Source: Myxococcota bacterium
GTDB lineage: Bacteria > Myxococcota_A > SURF-8
Reading direction: 5' to 3'
Assembly: GCA_963674735.2 (NCBI GenBank)
Contig: CAXXQS010000001.1
Span: forward strand, 1 to 64,000
Length of the DNA: 64,000 nt
In this document: piece after piece, positions 9,710 through 19,861 of the stretch
Position numbering within the stretch: position 1 is the stretch's first letter
Layout of the letters: each line of letters begins with the position of its first letter
Program-made: the position numbers and the translations under genes
The notes under the pieces: generated by a model
The model's database searches: none
Seen by the model: only the letters and a program-made list of their open reading frames with translations
What the model was told of the DNA's origin: nothing

Positions 9710-12700
9710 TCACGCGATGGGGTAAATCCGCCTGCGTGTCAGCATGAGCAAAAGCAGCATGAAAAGCAGCAATCCGTCGAAGGGACCGGCGGAACCGCTG
9801 CAGCCTTCGCAGCCCGAGGCGTCGAGAGGAGTTCGCGGCTTCTCATCGTCGTCGGATTCGATCGCGTCGAGATCGCCATCGCCGGATGTGTCGTCGCCAT
9901 CCGATTCGATGGTCTCCGCTTCCGACTGGTCGCCGTCCGACTGGTCGCCATCGGCTTCCGTTTCGTCGTTTTCAATTTCATCTTCGTCTTGGTCGCCGTC
10001 CACATCGCCGTCGGCTTCCGTCAGGGATACGACCAGACGGAATTGCCCGGCATCGAGCACCCGCTGGCTGCGGTTTTCCACCACCAGGAAGATCGGGCCG
10101 TCTTGGGTGATTTCATGCGTGAAATGCTCGTTTACCTGTTCGCTGCCTTGATCGACGAAGGCCTGACAGGGCTGGTTTTCGGCGCAGTCGGATAGCACGA
10201 TCAACGCGCCGTCGAAATCAAGCGGCTTCAACGTTACATCGAGGAGGTCGCCGGTCATGGCCTCAAGCGTGAAAACGGCATCCTCCCACTCGTAGACTTC
10301 CAGCGGGCCGCAGGCTGCACCGTAGGCATCGAGATGACTGCCGCGATTGCCCAACGCGTGAAGGTGGTCGTAAGGGGTTTCGATGAGGATGGGGTTGTCG
10401 CAATGGCCCGATTCGACGAAGACGCAACCGGCGCTGTCGTCACAGGAATCTTCGGTGAAATCGAGGCCATCGTCGCAGACGCTGTCATCGGGTTGGTGGA
10501 GACAAGCCCGGCTTGTTTCGTCGCAGCTGTCCTCGGTGCAGGAAATCGCATCGGTGCAGGGATTGGCTTCAGCCAGGCATACCCCGCTTTCGCAGTGGTC
10601 GTTGATGCTGCAGAACAGGCCGTCGTCGCAGGGGTTGCTGTCGTCGAATTCGGGGACGCAACCGACCCAGGCTTGGCAGCGGTCGTCGGTACAGGCGTTG
10701 CCGTCGTCGCAGGCGGAATCGTCCGGCTGTTGTTCGCATTTCGCCGATTGTGGGTTGCAGCTGTCGAGGGTGCAGGGGATACCGTCGTTGCAGTCGCTGT
10801 CGGATTGGCATTCGACCACACAACTCCCGTCTTGGCAGTTCCCGATCGCTCCGCTTGAGATTTGGCAGGCCGTTCCATCCAGAACTTCCGCATATTCGCA
10901 GTCGCTTGTCGGACTGCAGGTTCCGGCCATGCAGGGGTTGGTGGAGACGCAGGCGCCGTTGTCGGGAAGATGCAGAATCTCGCCCAGGTTGTCGGAGAGG
11001 TCGTTGCCTTCGTTGCAAACATCTTCCGTGCAGGTTATGCCGTCGCCGAAAGAGGGTGTTTCTCCGGCTTCACATCCCCGGCTGATGTCGCAGACTTCCG
11101 GGCCGTCGCAGAAAAGGCCGTTTTGGCAGAGTGAATCATCGGGTTCATGCAAAACCTGCCCGTTTCCATTACCGCTTTCCACGCAGCTATCCAGGGTACA
11201 GGGAATGCCGTCGTCGATCACGGGCGGATCGGCGCGCTGGCACTGGCCGTTTTGGCAGGCGTCGCCGCCGTTGCACCACAGATCGTCGTCGCAGGACCAT
11301 CCGTCCGGTAAGTTGCAGAGCACGCATTGGGTGCCGTCATGCCCGCCGAGTTGGCAGGGATTATCGTTTGAACAGCCGCCGCCGATCCCGCTGAAAACCA
11401 CCGTGTCGATCCAGGCCTGCGAGGAGCTGAACCAGCCATTGGAAACCGTCCAGCGCAGGGTGTTCGTTCCGGCCGAGAGCTCGGCCTCGTGGTTCTGCCA
11501 GGTGTCGGAAGAGGATTCCCACCTTGCGGATTCTCCTCCGTTGACCGCCAGGGTTAAGGATCCGCTGACGGTAAAATTCTGTTTATGTTGGAACGAAACC
11601 GTGCCCGCTTCCGCCAGGGTGATGGCCACTTCCAGCCAGGCCGATCCGCTCCAGTCGGTCACTTGCGGGCTTTGCGCCGAATAACTGCCGTGCTGGGCGG
11701 TCGATGAGGTCGCCGTCCAGGCTGCTTCACCGGTCGTCCAGTACGAAGGAATGGAGCCGCTTTCAAAACTTTCCGTTACCGAGGTTCCATGGCCGCCGCA
11801 GAGTCCGTCGACACAAACCTTCCGGCCGTCGTTGCAAAGGGTGCAATCGTCGACATCGGTATGCTGACATCCGGCCTGCGGGTCGCAGGTGTCGGTCGTG
11901 CAGGCGTTGGCGTCGCCGCAATCGATGGATGTATAGGTGCAGGTTCCGTTTGCGGGGTCGCAGGCGTCGTCGGTGCAGACATCCTGATCGTCGCATTTGG
12001 CTTGTACGGCGCAGAACCCATCATCGTCGCAGTAAGGTGTCAGACAGGGGGCGCTGCTGGAGCAATCGGTATCGGCGGTGCAGGGCTCGCGGTCGGCGAT
12101 GTTATGGAGATAAAGTGCGAAATCCTGGGCCGTGGCTGCGCCGCTGCCGGGAATCGCATTGGCGGGCAGGTTGGCGGCGATGACCTCCACCTCAATCGAC
12201 GCATAATCGCCGGGTGGCAGAAAGACGTTTTCCAGGTTGTTTTTCTCGTCGAAGCTTCCGCCTGTGGTGCTGGTGCCGTTTGCGAAAACGTTCCCCTTAT
12301 AGGAGCGACCGTCCACGGTGACAAACAGATCGAGATTGTTGCTGTAGGCGTTGCCACTGGTCGAACCGGGGGCGTCGGTCCAGGCGAGAGATATTTTGAC
12401 AGGCTTGGCGGGGTCGGCCGAACGCAGGTCGTCAATGGAGAACGAGGTGCCCGTTTCGTACAGAACGTGAGTTTGGTCGACGAAGCGCCGGGGTGTTTGC
12501 AAAAAGAATCCGGCCATGTCGATCAGTCCCCAGCCCTGGCGTTGGCTGGGAATGGCTTCCAACGCCGAACCGAAACCGTTGTCGCCGCCCGCGATATCAT
12601 CCGTATGAACGCTCAACATGGCTTTCATCAAAGCCGGAGAGGGGAGAACGCCTTTCGCCTGTTTGTACCAGGCGGAATAGATGGCCGCGACCCCGGCGGT

Positions 12701-14389
12701 GGCCGGAGTGGAATGGCTGGTGCCCGAGGACCAGGCGTAGCGGGTTTGCCCGGCGGGCCAGTAGAAGTCGCACACGCCCTGCGCCGCGCCGTAATCGGGG
12801 TCGGACGAGGCCGCGCTTTGAATATGGGTGCCCGGCGCAACAACGTCGGGCTTGCGGCGACCGTCGCTGCAGGGACCGCGCGAGGAAAAATCGATCAAGT
12901 CGCCGAGGTCGTCTGCACCACTGTTTGGAACATCACAACCATCGGTGCCGGTCATACGCACGTTTTCCGTTGCACCGACAGTGATAACGTTTTTCGCGGT
13001 TCCCGGGCTGATGATCGACTGGGTATTCTCTCGACCCAGATAATTGTCGTCTCCTTCGTTTCCGGCAGCGAACAGGATAATGATAGGTTGCAGACCGTTG
13101 GAGGTGTCCCGGTCGGCGTCGCGTACCAGGGCATCGTATTCCTGCGACTCGGCCGTATATTGGCCTTCGTCCGGTGAACCCCAACTGTTACTGGATATCA
13201 GGCTACCGCCTTCGTAGGAGCCTTTCACGATGTCCGTGAGGGTGTGGCTGCCGATATCCCATTCGGCGGCATCGAAGATGCGGCTGCAGGCCAAAGACGC
13301 ACCTGGAGCGATGCCTGCGCCATACAGATAGCCGCTGTCATCGAGCAGACCGCTGCCGGTATCGCCGGAGGGCGGATAGCCGCCGACGATGCCGACGTTG
13401 AGGGTGCCGTGTCCGTCGACATCGTTGCCGACACTCTGGCCGGTGTAGTTATTGATTACGGCGATGCGGCCGACCAGATCGGGGTGAGCAACGCTGGCCG
13501 GAGTGCCGCGGTCGCAACCGCTGTCGGTAACATCTACTCGGATCTGAGCGAGCGACTGGCTGTCGATGCGCTGGTCCAGCCAGGTCTTGTAACCCGGACC
13601 GTTCGGCAGGATACCATTGTGAGCGCCCGACAGGATGACACCTTGTCGTTCATCCGCCAACTGCGGCTTGGTGAAGGGCTCGATCCAATAGATATCCGGA
13701 CGGCGGCTAAGCTTTGCGATGCTGTCGGCGGAAAGTCGCAGCCGATAGACGCGGCAGTTTTTGATCCGCGACGTTCCCATGTAACGGGCCAGCGCGGCCG
13801 TTTCCAACATCTTGCGGCTGTTCGCGTTGTCGGGATGCTCGACCAGGTAAACGGTCACATCCCGATCCTGTGTGTTGTTGGCGAGTTTGAAGTGCAAGCG
13901 ATCGGTGGGGGACCATTCGCGTAGATAATCCAATGAGGTGGAAATCGCAGTCATTGCCGCACGGGTTTGGTCGCCGCGATCGAAAACCACGTAGGCGTTC
14001 TCCGGGATGTAATCCAGGATGGTCAGTCCGACTGCCTGCAGTTTCTCGACGAAGTCGATTTTGATGGGACCCCGGTGGTGGATCAGCCGAATGGCCGAGC
14101 CGGAAACGAGGCTTTTGACGTTGAGCGGTTGGCCGTGGTGGGGGAGCGTCAACGGACCGTTTTTCAAAAAGATCGTGTTGAAGCGTTCGACCGTTTCCCG
14201 CCAGCGGCCGTCGCGGGCTTCGATGCGAAACCGACCGTCGGCTTGTTGTTGGACGTGGAAACTCTCCAATCCGCCCGTTTCGCCGATGGGGCTTGCTGCG
14301 GCCTGGGCTGTGACGGACCAAATGGTGAGAATGATGGCCAACCCGAGGGATCGGAAAGCCGCTGCCGTATTCAGATGGGAATGCTGCAT
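9710..14389 (-). CDS. S8 subtilisin-like serine protease with Cys-rich repeats and MYXO-CTERM-type anchor
   Basis: Catalytic motifs VTDSG, HGT, AAGNEG, SGTSHSTP; many CDDGxxCTxDxC repeats; tail SGCEGC..LLLFMLLLLMLTRRR. Confidence 0.92.
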   Translation of the reverse strand: MQHSHLNTAAAFRSLGLAIILTIWSVTAQAAASPIGETGGLESFHVQQQADGRFRIEARDGRWRETVERFNTIFLKNGPLTLPHHGQPLNVKSLVSGSAIRLIHHRGPIKIDFVEKLQAVGLTILDYIPENAYVVFDRGDQTRAAMTAISTSLDYLREWSPTDRLHFKLANNTQDRDVTVYLVEHPDNANSRKMLETAALARYMGTSRIKNCRVYRLRLSADSIAKLSRRPDIYWIEPFTKPQLADERQGVILSGAHNGILPNGPGYKTWLDQRIDSQSLAQIRVDVTDSGCDRGTPASVAHPDLVGRIAVINNYTGQSVGNDVDGHGTLNVGIVGGYPPSGDTGSGLLDDSGYLYGAGIAPGASLACSRIFDAAEWDIGSHTLTDIVKGSYEGGSLISSNSWGSPDEGQYTAESQEYDALVRDADRDTSNGLQPIIILFAAGNEGDDNYLGRENTQSIISPGTAKNVITVGATENVRMTGTDGCDVPNSGADDLGDLIDFSSRGPCSDGRRKPDVVAPGTHIQSAASSDPDYGAAQGVCDFYWPAGQTRYAWSSGTSHSTPATAGVAAIYSAWYKQAKGVLPSPALMKAMLSVHTDDIAGGDNGFGSALEAIPSQRQGWGLIDMAGFFLQTPRRFVDQTHVLYETGTSFSIDDLRSADPAKPVKISLAWTDAPGSTSGNAYSNNLDLFVTVDGRSYKGNVFANGTSTTGGSFDEKNNLENVFLPPGDYASIEVEVIAANLPANAIPGSGAATAQDFALYLHNIADREPCTADTDCSSSAPCLTPYCDDDGFCAVQAKCDDQDVCTDDACDPANGTCTYTSIDCGDANACTTDTCDPQAGCQHTDVDDCTLCNDGRKVCVDGLCGGHGTSVTESFESGSIPSYWTTGEAAWTATSSTAQHGSYSAQSPQVTDWSGSAWLEVAITLAEAGTVSFQHKQNFTVSGSLTLAVNGGESARWESSSDTWQNHEAELSAGTNTLRWTVSNGWFSSSQAWIDTVVFSGIGGGCSNDNPCQLGGHDGTQCVLCNLPDGWSCDDDLWCNGGDACQNGQCQRADPPVIDDGIPCTLDSCVESGNGNGQVLHEPDDSLCQNGLFCDGPEVCDISRGCEAGETPSFGDGITCTEDVCNEGNDLSDNLGEILHLPDNGACVSTNPCMAGTCSPTSDCEYAEVLDGTACQISSGAIGNCQDGSCVVECQSDSDCNDGIPCTLDSCNPQSAKCEQQPDDSACDDGNACTDDRCQAWVGCVPEFDDSNPCDDGLFCSINDHCESGVCLAEANPCTDAISCTEDSCDETSRACLHQPDDSVCDDGLDFTEDSCDDSAGCVFVESGHCDNPILIETPYDHLHALGNRGSHLDAYGAACGPLEVYEWEDAVFTLEAMTGDLLDVTLKPLDFDGALIVLSDCAENQPCQAFVDQGSEQVNEHFTHEITQDGPIFLVVENRSQRVLDAGQFRLVVSLTEADGDVDGDQDEDEIENDETEADGDQSDGDQSEAETIESDGDDTSGDGDLDAIESDDDEKPRTPLDASGCEGCSGSAGPFDGLLLFMLLLLMLTRRRIYPIA

Positions 14390-14546
14390 GAAAACCGCCT
14401 TCGGATATGCTGGGGTTGCGGTCAATGAGGATCATGCTATCTATATCATGGCCAAGCGGGTCTTTCCAAGCCTCTTGTCATTTGCCTAACGAAACTGTTA
14501 GGTTAAGGCAGGTGAAAAAGAGATGCACTTAATCAGGAGGAGTTCG

Positions 14547-14747
14547 ATGCCGGTTGTGAATTGTCAGGTTCTGGGGACGCTGTCGGATGAGCAGAAACGC
14601 GAGTTGAGCCGCCGTTTCACCGAGGCGCTTCAGCAGGTTGCGGGTAAACCACCCGAATATACCTATGTGATTTTCCAGGAAGTTCCGCGAGAAAACTGGG
14701 CGCATGCCGGAGTGTTGTTTGCCGACCGCGCCAAACCGTCGTCTTAA
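14547..14747 (+). CDS. 4-oxalocrotonate tautomerase family protein
   Basis: RBS AGGAGG, N-terminal Pro (MPVV), SDEQKREL, EVPRENWAHAG. Confidence 0.9.
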   Translation: MPVVNCQVLGTLSDEQKRELSRRFTEALQQVAGKPPEYTYVIFQEVPRENWAHAGVLFADRAKPSS

Positions 14748-14758
14748 AGTCGACTGTA

Positions 14759-15658
14759 TCAGGTCAAAAACAGGATCGCTACACCCGTCACCGCCAGAAC
14801 GGCCCCCGCGCTGGCGCGGGCGCTGACGCGCTGTTTGTAAAGCAGGATCGTAACCGGGATTATCAGGACGGGCGTGATGGACATGATGGTGGCGGCAACG
14901 CCGGTGGTGGTGTATTTGACGGCGGCCAGCGACAAGGATACGCCCAGAAAAGGTCCGAAAACCGATCCGAGGGTGATGCGGCTCATCGCTGATTTGTGCT
15001 TTAGCGCCGTGAAGACTTTGGGCCACCATCCGATCACGACAAATAAAACCGAAAAGCCCACGATTCCGGCGATGACGCGGATTTGCGTTGCGGCAAAGGG
15101 AGAGTAATTGCCCATGCCGTACTTGCTTAGCACCAGTCCCACCGCTTGTCCGATGGCACCGATAAAAGCCAACAATATCCCGCTTTTGGGAATGCGGACG
15201 GCTTGGCCGTCGAGGCTTGGCTGGCGTTCGAGCACAACCCAGCCCACGCCGAAGACGGTCAGGCTCATGCCCAGCCAATCGCTGCCGACAAGGCGTTCAC
15301 CCATGACCAACCATCCGATGATGGCGGTCAAAGGCGGCACCAGCGACATGATGAGCATCGAAAGGCGTGCTCCGGCAACCACGAAGGCCCGAAACAGACT
15401 CAAATCGCCGACGACAAAGCCGATCAGACCCGACAAGGAAAGCCAAAACCAGGCGTGACCACCGGCATCGGTGGGGAAGGCCTGTCCACGTGTGAAGTAG
15501 GTGAAAAACGCCAAAAACACCAGCGCCATCACCAAGCGGATCAAATTGACGGCCAGCGAACCGACGCGCTTGCCTGCGTATTCAAACGACAGCGCCGTGA
15601 TCGCCCAGCAGAAAGCGGTTGCTAGGGCCGCCCATTCTCCATAGTGTTCTGAAATCAT
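14759..15658 (-). CDS. DMT/EamA family transporter
   Basis: About 10 TM helices in two repeats, ending PVTILLYKQRVS. Confidence 0.9.
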   Translation of the reverse strand: MISEHYGEWAALATAFCWAITALSFEYAGKRVGSLAVNLIRLVMALVFLAFFTYFTRGQAFPTDAGGHAWFWLSLSGLIGFVVGDLSLFRAFVVAGARLSMLIMSLVPPLTAIIGWLVMGERLVGSDWLGMSLTVFGVGWVVLERQPSLDGQAVRIPKSGILLAFIGAIGQAVGLVLSKYGMGNYSPFAATQIRVIAGIVGFSVLFVVIGWWPKVFTALKHKSAMSRITLGSVFGPFLGVSLSLAAVKYTTTGVAATIMSITPVLIIPVTILLYKQRVSARASAGAVLAVTGVAILFLT

Positions 15659-15860
15659 GTCCTTAAACCACAAATGAGAAGTCCGCGCCCCGTCTCCCGA
15701 GTTTCAGAGGGGCTTGCGGTGCAGGAAGTGTGGAGAAGTCCGGGAGAAAATGCAAGCGGTTTTCCACGAGTTAAAGAATTTCTGCGATGATCCGAATAGT
15801 ATTTTACTGGTTTTGTTTAAACGCGATAATTAGAGACCGATAAGGAAGAAAGAGAAATCC

Positions 15861-16922
15861 ATGAGTCGGGATGCGTGGGAATGTCGGCAGTGTGGGCGTT
15901 GTTGTCACGCCGAAATACCGGTCACCGTCTGGGATATCGAACGTTTGAGGAAAGAGTTGAACGAAACGCCCGAGAGCGTGTTTGCACGTATGGTGGACCC
16001 GCAGCCATCCAAACATTCGTCCGTTTTCAAGATCCGGAAACAACCTTCCGGGGGCTGTGTGTTTCTCGACGAGCAAAATACTTGTTCCATTCATTCTGAA
16101 AAACCACGCATCTGTGACTTTTTCACCTGCCAGGAACAATCCGCCGAGGGTGGGACTCCTCTGGCTTGGACCGCGCGCTGTCATGACCCCCAGGATCAGT
16201 TGAGGATATGGGAAGAGTCGGTGGCGGTGGAAGCCACACGGTGTTATATCAAGAAATACGGCTGTTTGTACGACGAAAACGGCTATCGCGCCGCCATCGA
16301 GAGCGTTCGGGATCAGATCGTTACGTCGGATGGTGAACAGGCCAAGCTTGCCCGCAATGAAGACGGTTCCGCCCTGGCCATGGTTTACGACTGCGAATCG
16401 TGCCCAAACCGAGGGGAACACGTCAAAGAGACGCCGGTCACGTTGTTGGACATTCAGGGGATGGCCGCGCACCTGAATATGAGTATCGCCGAATTTTTCA
16501 CGGATTGTTTGACACCCGCGTCCAGCACGGAAACCGGAGGATTGCAACTCAAGCGAAATCGGACCTGCCTGTTTTTCGATCCCATTTCCCATTGTTCCAT
16601 TACGACCGCCCGTCCGATGCATTGCCGTTTTACTCCTTGCCCGCAGAGAGTGAAACTGGCCGGACAGTTCGACCGGTTTTTCCTGGCAGCCGGAACCGTG
16701 TCTCAACAATTCCGACACCAAGTCGCTCTTCATTGGACACGCCGCTATGTGGAAGAAAACGGCGTGCATTTTCGCGAGTCGGCGTTTTATGATTATTTGG
16801 CTTGCATCGAGCGTGATGAACACAATGTGGAGAACTGGCGTAACTTCTGCGATACGATTCGACCCTACCGTTTCATCGACGACACGTCGAGATCCTGCCA
16901 CGATTCCGCCGAAAAGGTCTAA
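15861..16922 (+). CDS. YkgJ/CxxCxxCC Fe-S or Zn cluster protein with two tandem domains
   Basis: CRQCGRCC..CVFL..CSIH..KP..C..F.C, then a second copy CESC..CLFF..CSI..RP..CRF.PC. Confidence 0.85.
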   Translation: MSRDAWECRQCGRCCHAEIPVTVWDIERLRKELNETPESVFARMVDPQPSKHSSVFKIRKQPSGGCVFLDEQNTCSIHSEKPRICDFFTCQEQSAEGGTPLAWTARCHDPQDQLRIWEESVAVEATRCYIKKYGCLYDENGYRAAIESVRDQIVTSDGEQAKLARNEDGSALAMVYDCESCPNRGEHVKETPVTLLDIQGMAAHLNMSIAEFFTDCLTPASSTETGGLQLKRNRTCLFFDPISHCSITTARPMHCRFTPCPQRVKLAGQFDRFFLAAGTVSQQFRHQVALHWTRRYVEENGVHFRESAFYDYLACIERDEHNVENWRNFCDTIRPYRFIDDTSRSCHDSAEKV

Positions 16923-17151
16923 GTTGAAAGAATAATTACATTTCCCATGAAAAATCAGATTATTAGATGAAAAAAATGAGTAACTGCTCACTTTTTTCCT
17001 TGGAAAGGTATGCCGGAATGGGTATAGTTAGCCCAAACTAGCGGCCTTATATTCCGCAAAGAAAACGAAACATATGCATCTGTGCTTTTTTGGATATCTC
17101 AACGATCCCACATGCCGGCGATGAACCAGGTTGTGCCGGGAAGGAGGACTG

Positions 17152-17982
17152 ATGACTTTGGAGCCCCAAGAACTGCAGCGTCTTAAAGACAAAGCCAAGC
17201 AGATCCGAGAGGAGATCGTCCTCGTTACGGAAAAATGCGGTGGCAGTCATCTGGGAACGGCCCTCAGCCAGACGGAAATGCTGGTGGCCCTGTACTACCA
17301 GATCATGAAGTACGATCCTAAGAAACCGGAATGGGAAGAACGGGATCGCTTCGTTCTGAGTAAGGGACACGGAGGCGTGGGTCATGCCGTCGTGCTGGCC
17401 GATGCCGGTTTCTACAGCAAAGACCTCCTGAACGATTTCAATAAAACCGGCTCTCCTTTCGGTATGCATCTCGATCGTCTGAAGGTGGCGGGTGTGGATG
17501 CTTCCACCGGATCGCTGGGACATGGGCTCGGTATCTCCGTCGGGATGGCCATGGGTGCGCGTTTGCAAGGTTTTACGTGGCATACCTACTGCATGGTCGG
17601 CGACGGCGAATGCAACGAGGGATCTATTTGGGAGTCGGCCATGTCCGCCGCCCATCACAAAGTCACGAATATGACGGTATTCGTCGATCGCAACAAGCTG
17701 ATGATTGATGGCCCCACCGAAGAAGTGATGGGACTGGAGCCGTTCGTGGATAAATGGCAGGCCTTCGGCTGGAACGTGATCGAAATCGACGGCCATGATT
17801 TCCAACAGATCTTCGACGCGATCGAAGCCTCGCACAAGGAGACCGCGAAGCCGACCGTGATTGTCGCCAATACGGTGAAAGGCAAGGGCGTCGATTTCAT
17901 GGAAAACAAGGCCAGCTGGCACTATGCCGGTTTGGATTCCGAAATGGCGCAGAAGGCTCTTGAATCCATCCGCCGCGGCTGA
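17152..17982 (+). CDS. Transketolase N-terminal (TPP-binding) subunit
   Basis: RDRFVLSKGH, STGSLGHG, TPP motif GDGECNEG..N; RBS AAGGAGG. Confidence 0.95.
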   Translation: MTLEPQELQRLKDKAKQIREEIVLVTEKCGGSHLGTALSQTEMLVALYYQIMKYDPKKPEWEERDRFVLSKGHGGVGHAVVLADAGFYSKDLLNDFNKTGSPFGMHLDRLKVAGVDASTGSLGHGLGISVGMAMGARLQGFTWHTYCMVGDGECNEGSIWESAMSAAHHKVTNMTVFVDRNKLMIDGPTEEVMGLEPFVDKWQAFGWNVIEIDGHDFQQIFDAIEASHKETAKPTVIVANTVKGKGVDFMENKASWHYAGLDSEMAQKALESIRRG

Positions 17983-18011
17983 CGGCCGGATCAACGCAAA
18001 TATAGAGGTGA

Positions 18012-19025
18012 ATGATGACAACCAAAGGTTTGACGTGGACCATCGATGATGCCGACCACATGACCCAGGCCGAAGTATACGGCGAGGTACTGACCCAACT
18101 TGGTAAACAAGATCCGAGCATCGTGGCGTTGACGGCCGATCTGGCCAACTCGACCAAGATCGGTCGCTTCCAGAAAGATTTCCCCGAACGTTTCTTCAAC
18201 TTCGGGATCGCCGAATGCAATATGTTCGCCGCCGCCTCCGGAATGGCTGCCGCAGGTCTCACTCCCGTGGTTTCGACCTTCGCGGTTTTTGCCGCGTTGC
18301 GTGCCGGGGAATTCGTTCGTACCGATCTGTGCTATAACAAACGCAATGTCAAGATTATCGCCACCCACTCCGGGACGTCCTTCGGGCAGGCGGGCACCAC
18401 CCACCATTGCACGGAAGATCTGGCGGTGATGCGCAGTTTCGCCGGTATGACCGTCATCGCGCCGGCGGATGCCTATGAAACCGCCAATGCCGTGGCCGCG
18501 TCGCTCGAATGGGATGGCCCGGTGTACATCCGCATCGGTCGCAGCTTCGAACCGCCCTTGCACAAAAGCATGGATTTCGATTTCGAGATCGGTAAGGCCA
18601 TCACCCTGCACGAAGGAACCGACGTCACCGTTATCGTGGCGGGCCGTCCTACCTTGGGTGCGCTGGAAGCCGCCGAGATCGCCAAGCAAAACGGAATTTC
18701 GATGCGCGTGCTCGATATGCACACCATCAAGCCGATCGACGAAGAAGCCATCATGCAGGCCGTGATGGATACGCGCCGTATCATTACGGTCGAAGATCAC
18801 AGCGTCAACGGCGGCTTGGGTTCGGCCGTGGCGGAAGTCATTGCCAAAAACGGCAAGGCGGCCGCGCTGCGTCGCATCGGGATGCAGGACGAATACGCCA
18901 AAGTCGGGTACCCCGACGACCTGCTCCATGTTTACAAGATGGATGCCGACGGGATCCTCGAAACGATGCAGGAATTATTGAAGGCCGAAATTGAAGAAGA
19001 CGACGATTGGGAAGACGAGGTGTAA
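18012..19025 (+). CDS. Transketolase C-terminal subunit
   Basis: FFNFGIAE.NM, G.THH..EDLA, P..YIR..R, TIKPID, TVEDH...GGLG. Confidence 0.95.
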   Translation: MMTTKGLTWTIDDADHMTQAEVYGEVLTQLGKQDPSIVALTADLANSTKIGRFQKDFPERFFNFGIAECNMFAAASGMAAAGLTPVVSTFAVFAALRAGEFVRTDLCYNKRNVKIIATHSGTSFGQAGTTHHCTEDLAVMRSFAGMTVIAPADAYETANAVAASLEWDGPVYIRIGRSFEPPLHKSMDFDFEIGKAITLHEGTDVTVIVAGRPTLGALEAAEIAKQNGISMRVLDMHTIKPIDEEAIMQAVMDTRRIITVEDHSVNGGLGSAVAEVIAKNGKAAALRRIGMQDEYAKVGYPDDLLHVYKMDADGILETMQELLKAEIEEDDDWEDEV

Positions 19026-19028
19026 GCC

Positions 19029-19799
19029 ATGCCGAATCAGGATATTCTCGTCTCGCGGATCTTTCTGCGCTCGGCCCTGCCGCTGACGAAAGTCTTGGCC
19101 GACGAAAAGCCGCTGATGAAAAAAATATGGCCCAAAAAGGGCGTGTTGCAGTTTTCGGTCAAGAATTCGGATGTGGGAGCTTCGCTGGTTTTCGAAGACG
19201 GCGAGCTGAATGTCGTGCAAGGCCTGCATCCCAAGCCCGACTTGAATCTGGTGTTCTCAACGGTGCATGACCTGAACGCGTTTTTTGCCGGAAAGGTCGC
19301 CTTGCCGCGTCCCAAAGGTCTCTTGCATCTGCATCTGCTGTTCCGTGCTTTGCCGCTATTGCTCGGACTCAAAATCCTCATGCCCGACGCGCTGCCCACC
19401 GATCCGGCCAAGCAGGCGTTGAAGGTCAAGCTGGTGCTCTTCATGATCACCAATGCCCTGAGCCAGCTTAACAAAGCGGGCGATGAAGGCATGACCAAAA
19501 TGACCAAAAACAGCCCCGACCGCATCTTCCAATGGACGGTCGAGGGTGGTGGTCCGGCCGCCTATTTGCGGGTGAAGAACGGTAAAAGCAAGGCCGGGCG
19601 CGGCACTTATACCCGTCGGCGTCCCTTCGTGCACATGATCTTTCCCGACATCGACGGCGCCTTCAAAGTGCTGACCAGCCAGGTGGCTCTGGTGGAAGCC
19701 GTCAAGCAGGGCTTCGTTAAAACCGAAGGCGCCATGGAATATTCCAAGGAGATCGGGTATCAGATGCAGAGGATCGAGGAAATGACCACTCTCGATTGA
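19029..19799 (+). CDS. Hypothetical protein, possibly tandem SCP2-like fold
   Basis: Starts 3 bp after the transketolase stop; two segments resembling sterol-carrier folds. The fold call is tentative. Confidence 0.6.
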   Translation: MPNQDILVSRIFLRSALPLTKVLADEKPLMKKIWPKKGVLQFSVKNSDVGASLVFEDGELNVVQGLHPKPDLNLVFSTVHDLNAFFAGKVALPRPKGLLHLHLLFRALPLLLGLKILMPDALPTDPAKQALKVKLVLFMITNALSQLNKAGDEGMTKMTKNSPDRIFQWTVEGGGPAAYLRVKNGKSKAGRGTYTRRRPFVHMIFPDIDGAFKVLTSQVALVEAVKQGFVKTEGAMEYSKEIGYQMQRIEEMTTLD

Positions 19800-19861
19800 G
19801 GGGCGAGATCCGATCGTCATGTGAGAAACCGACGTCCGTCAGGGCGGACTGGAAGGATGTT

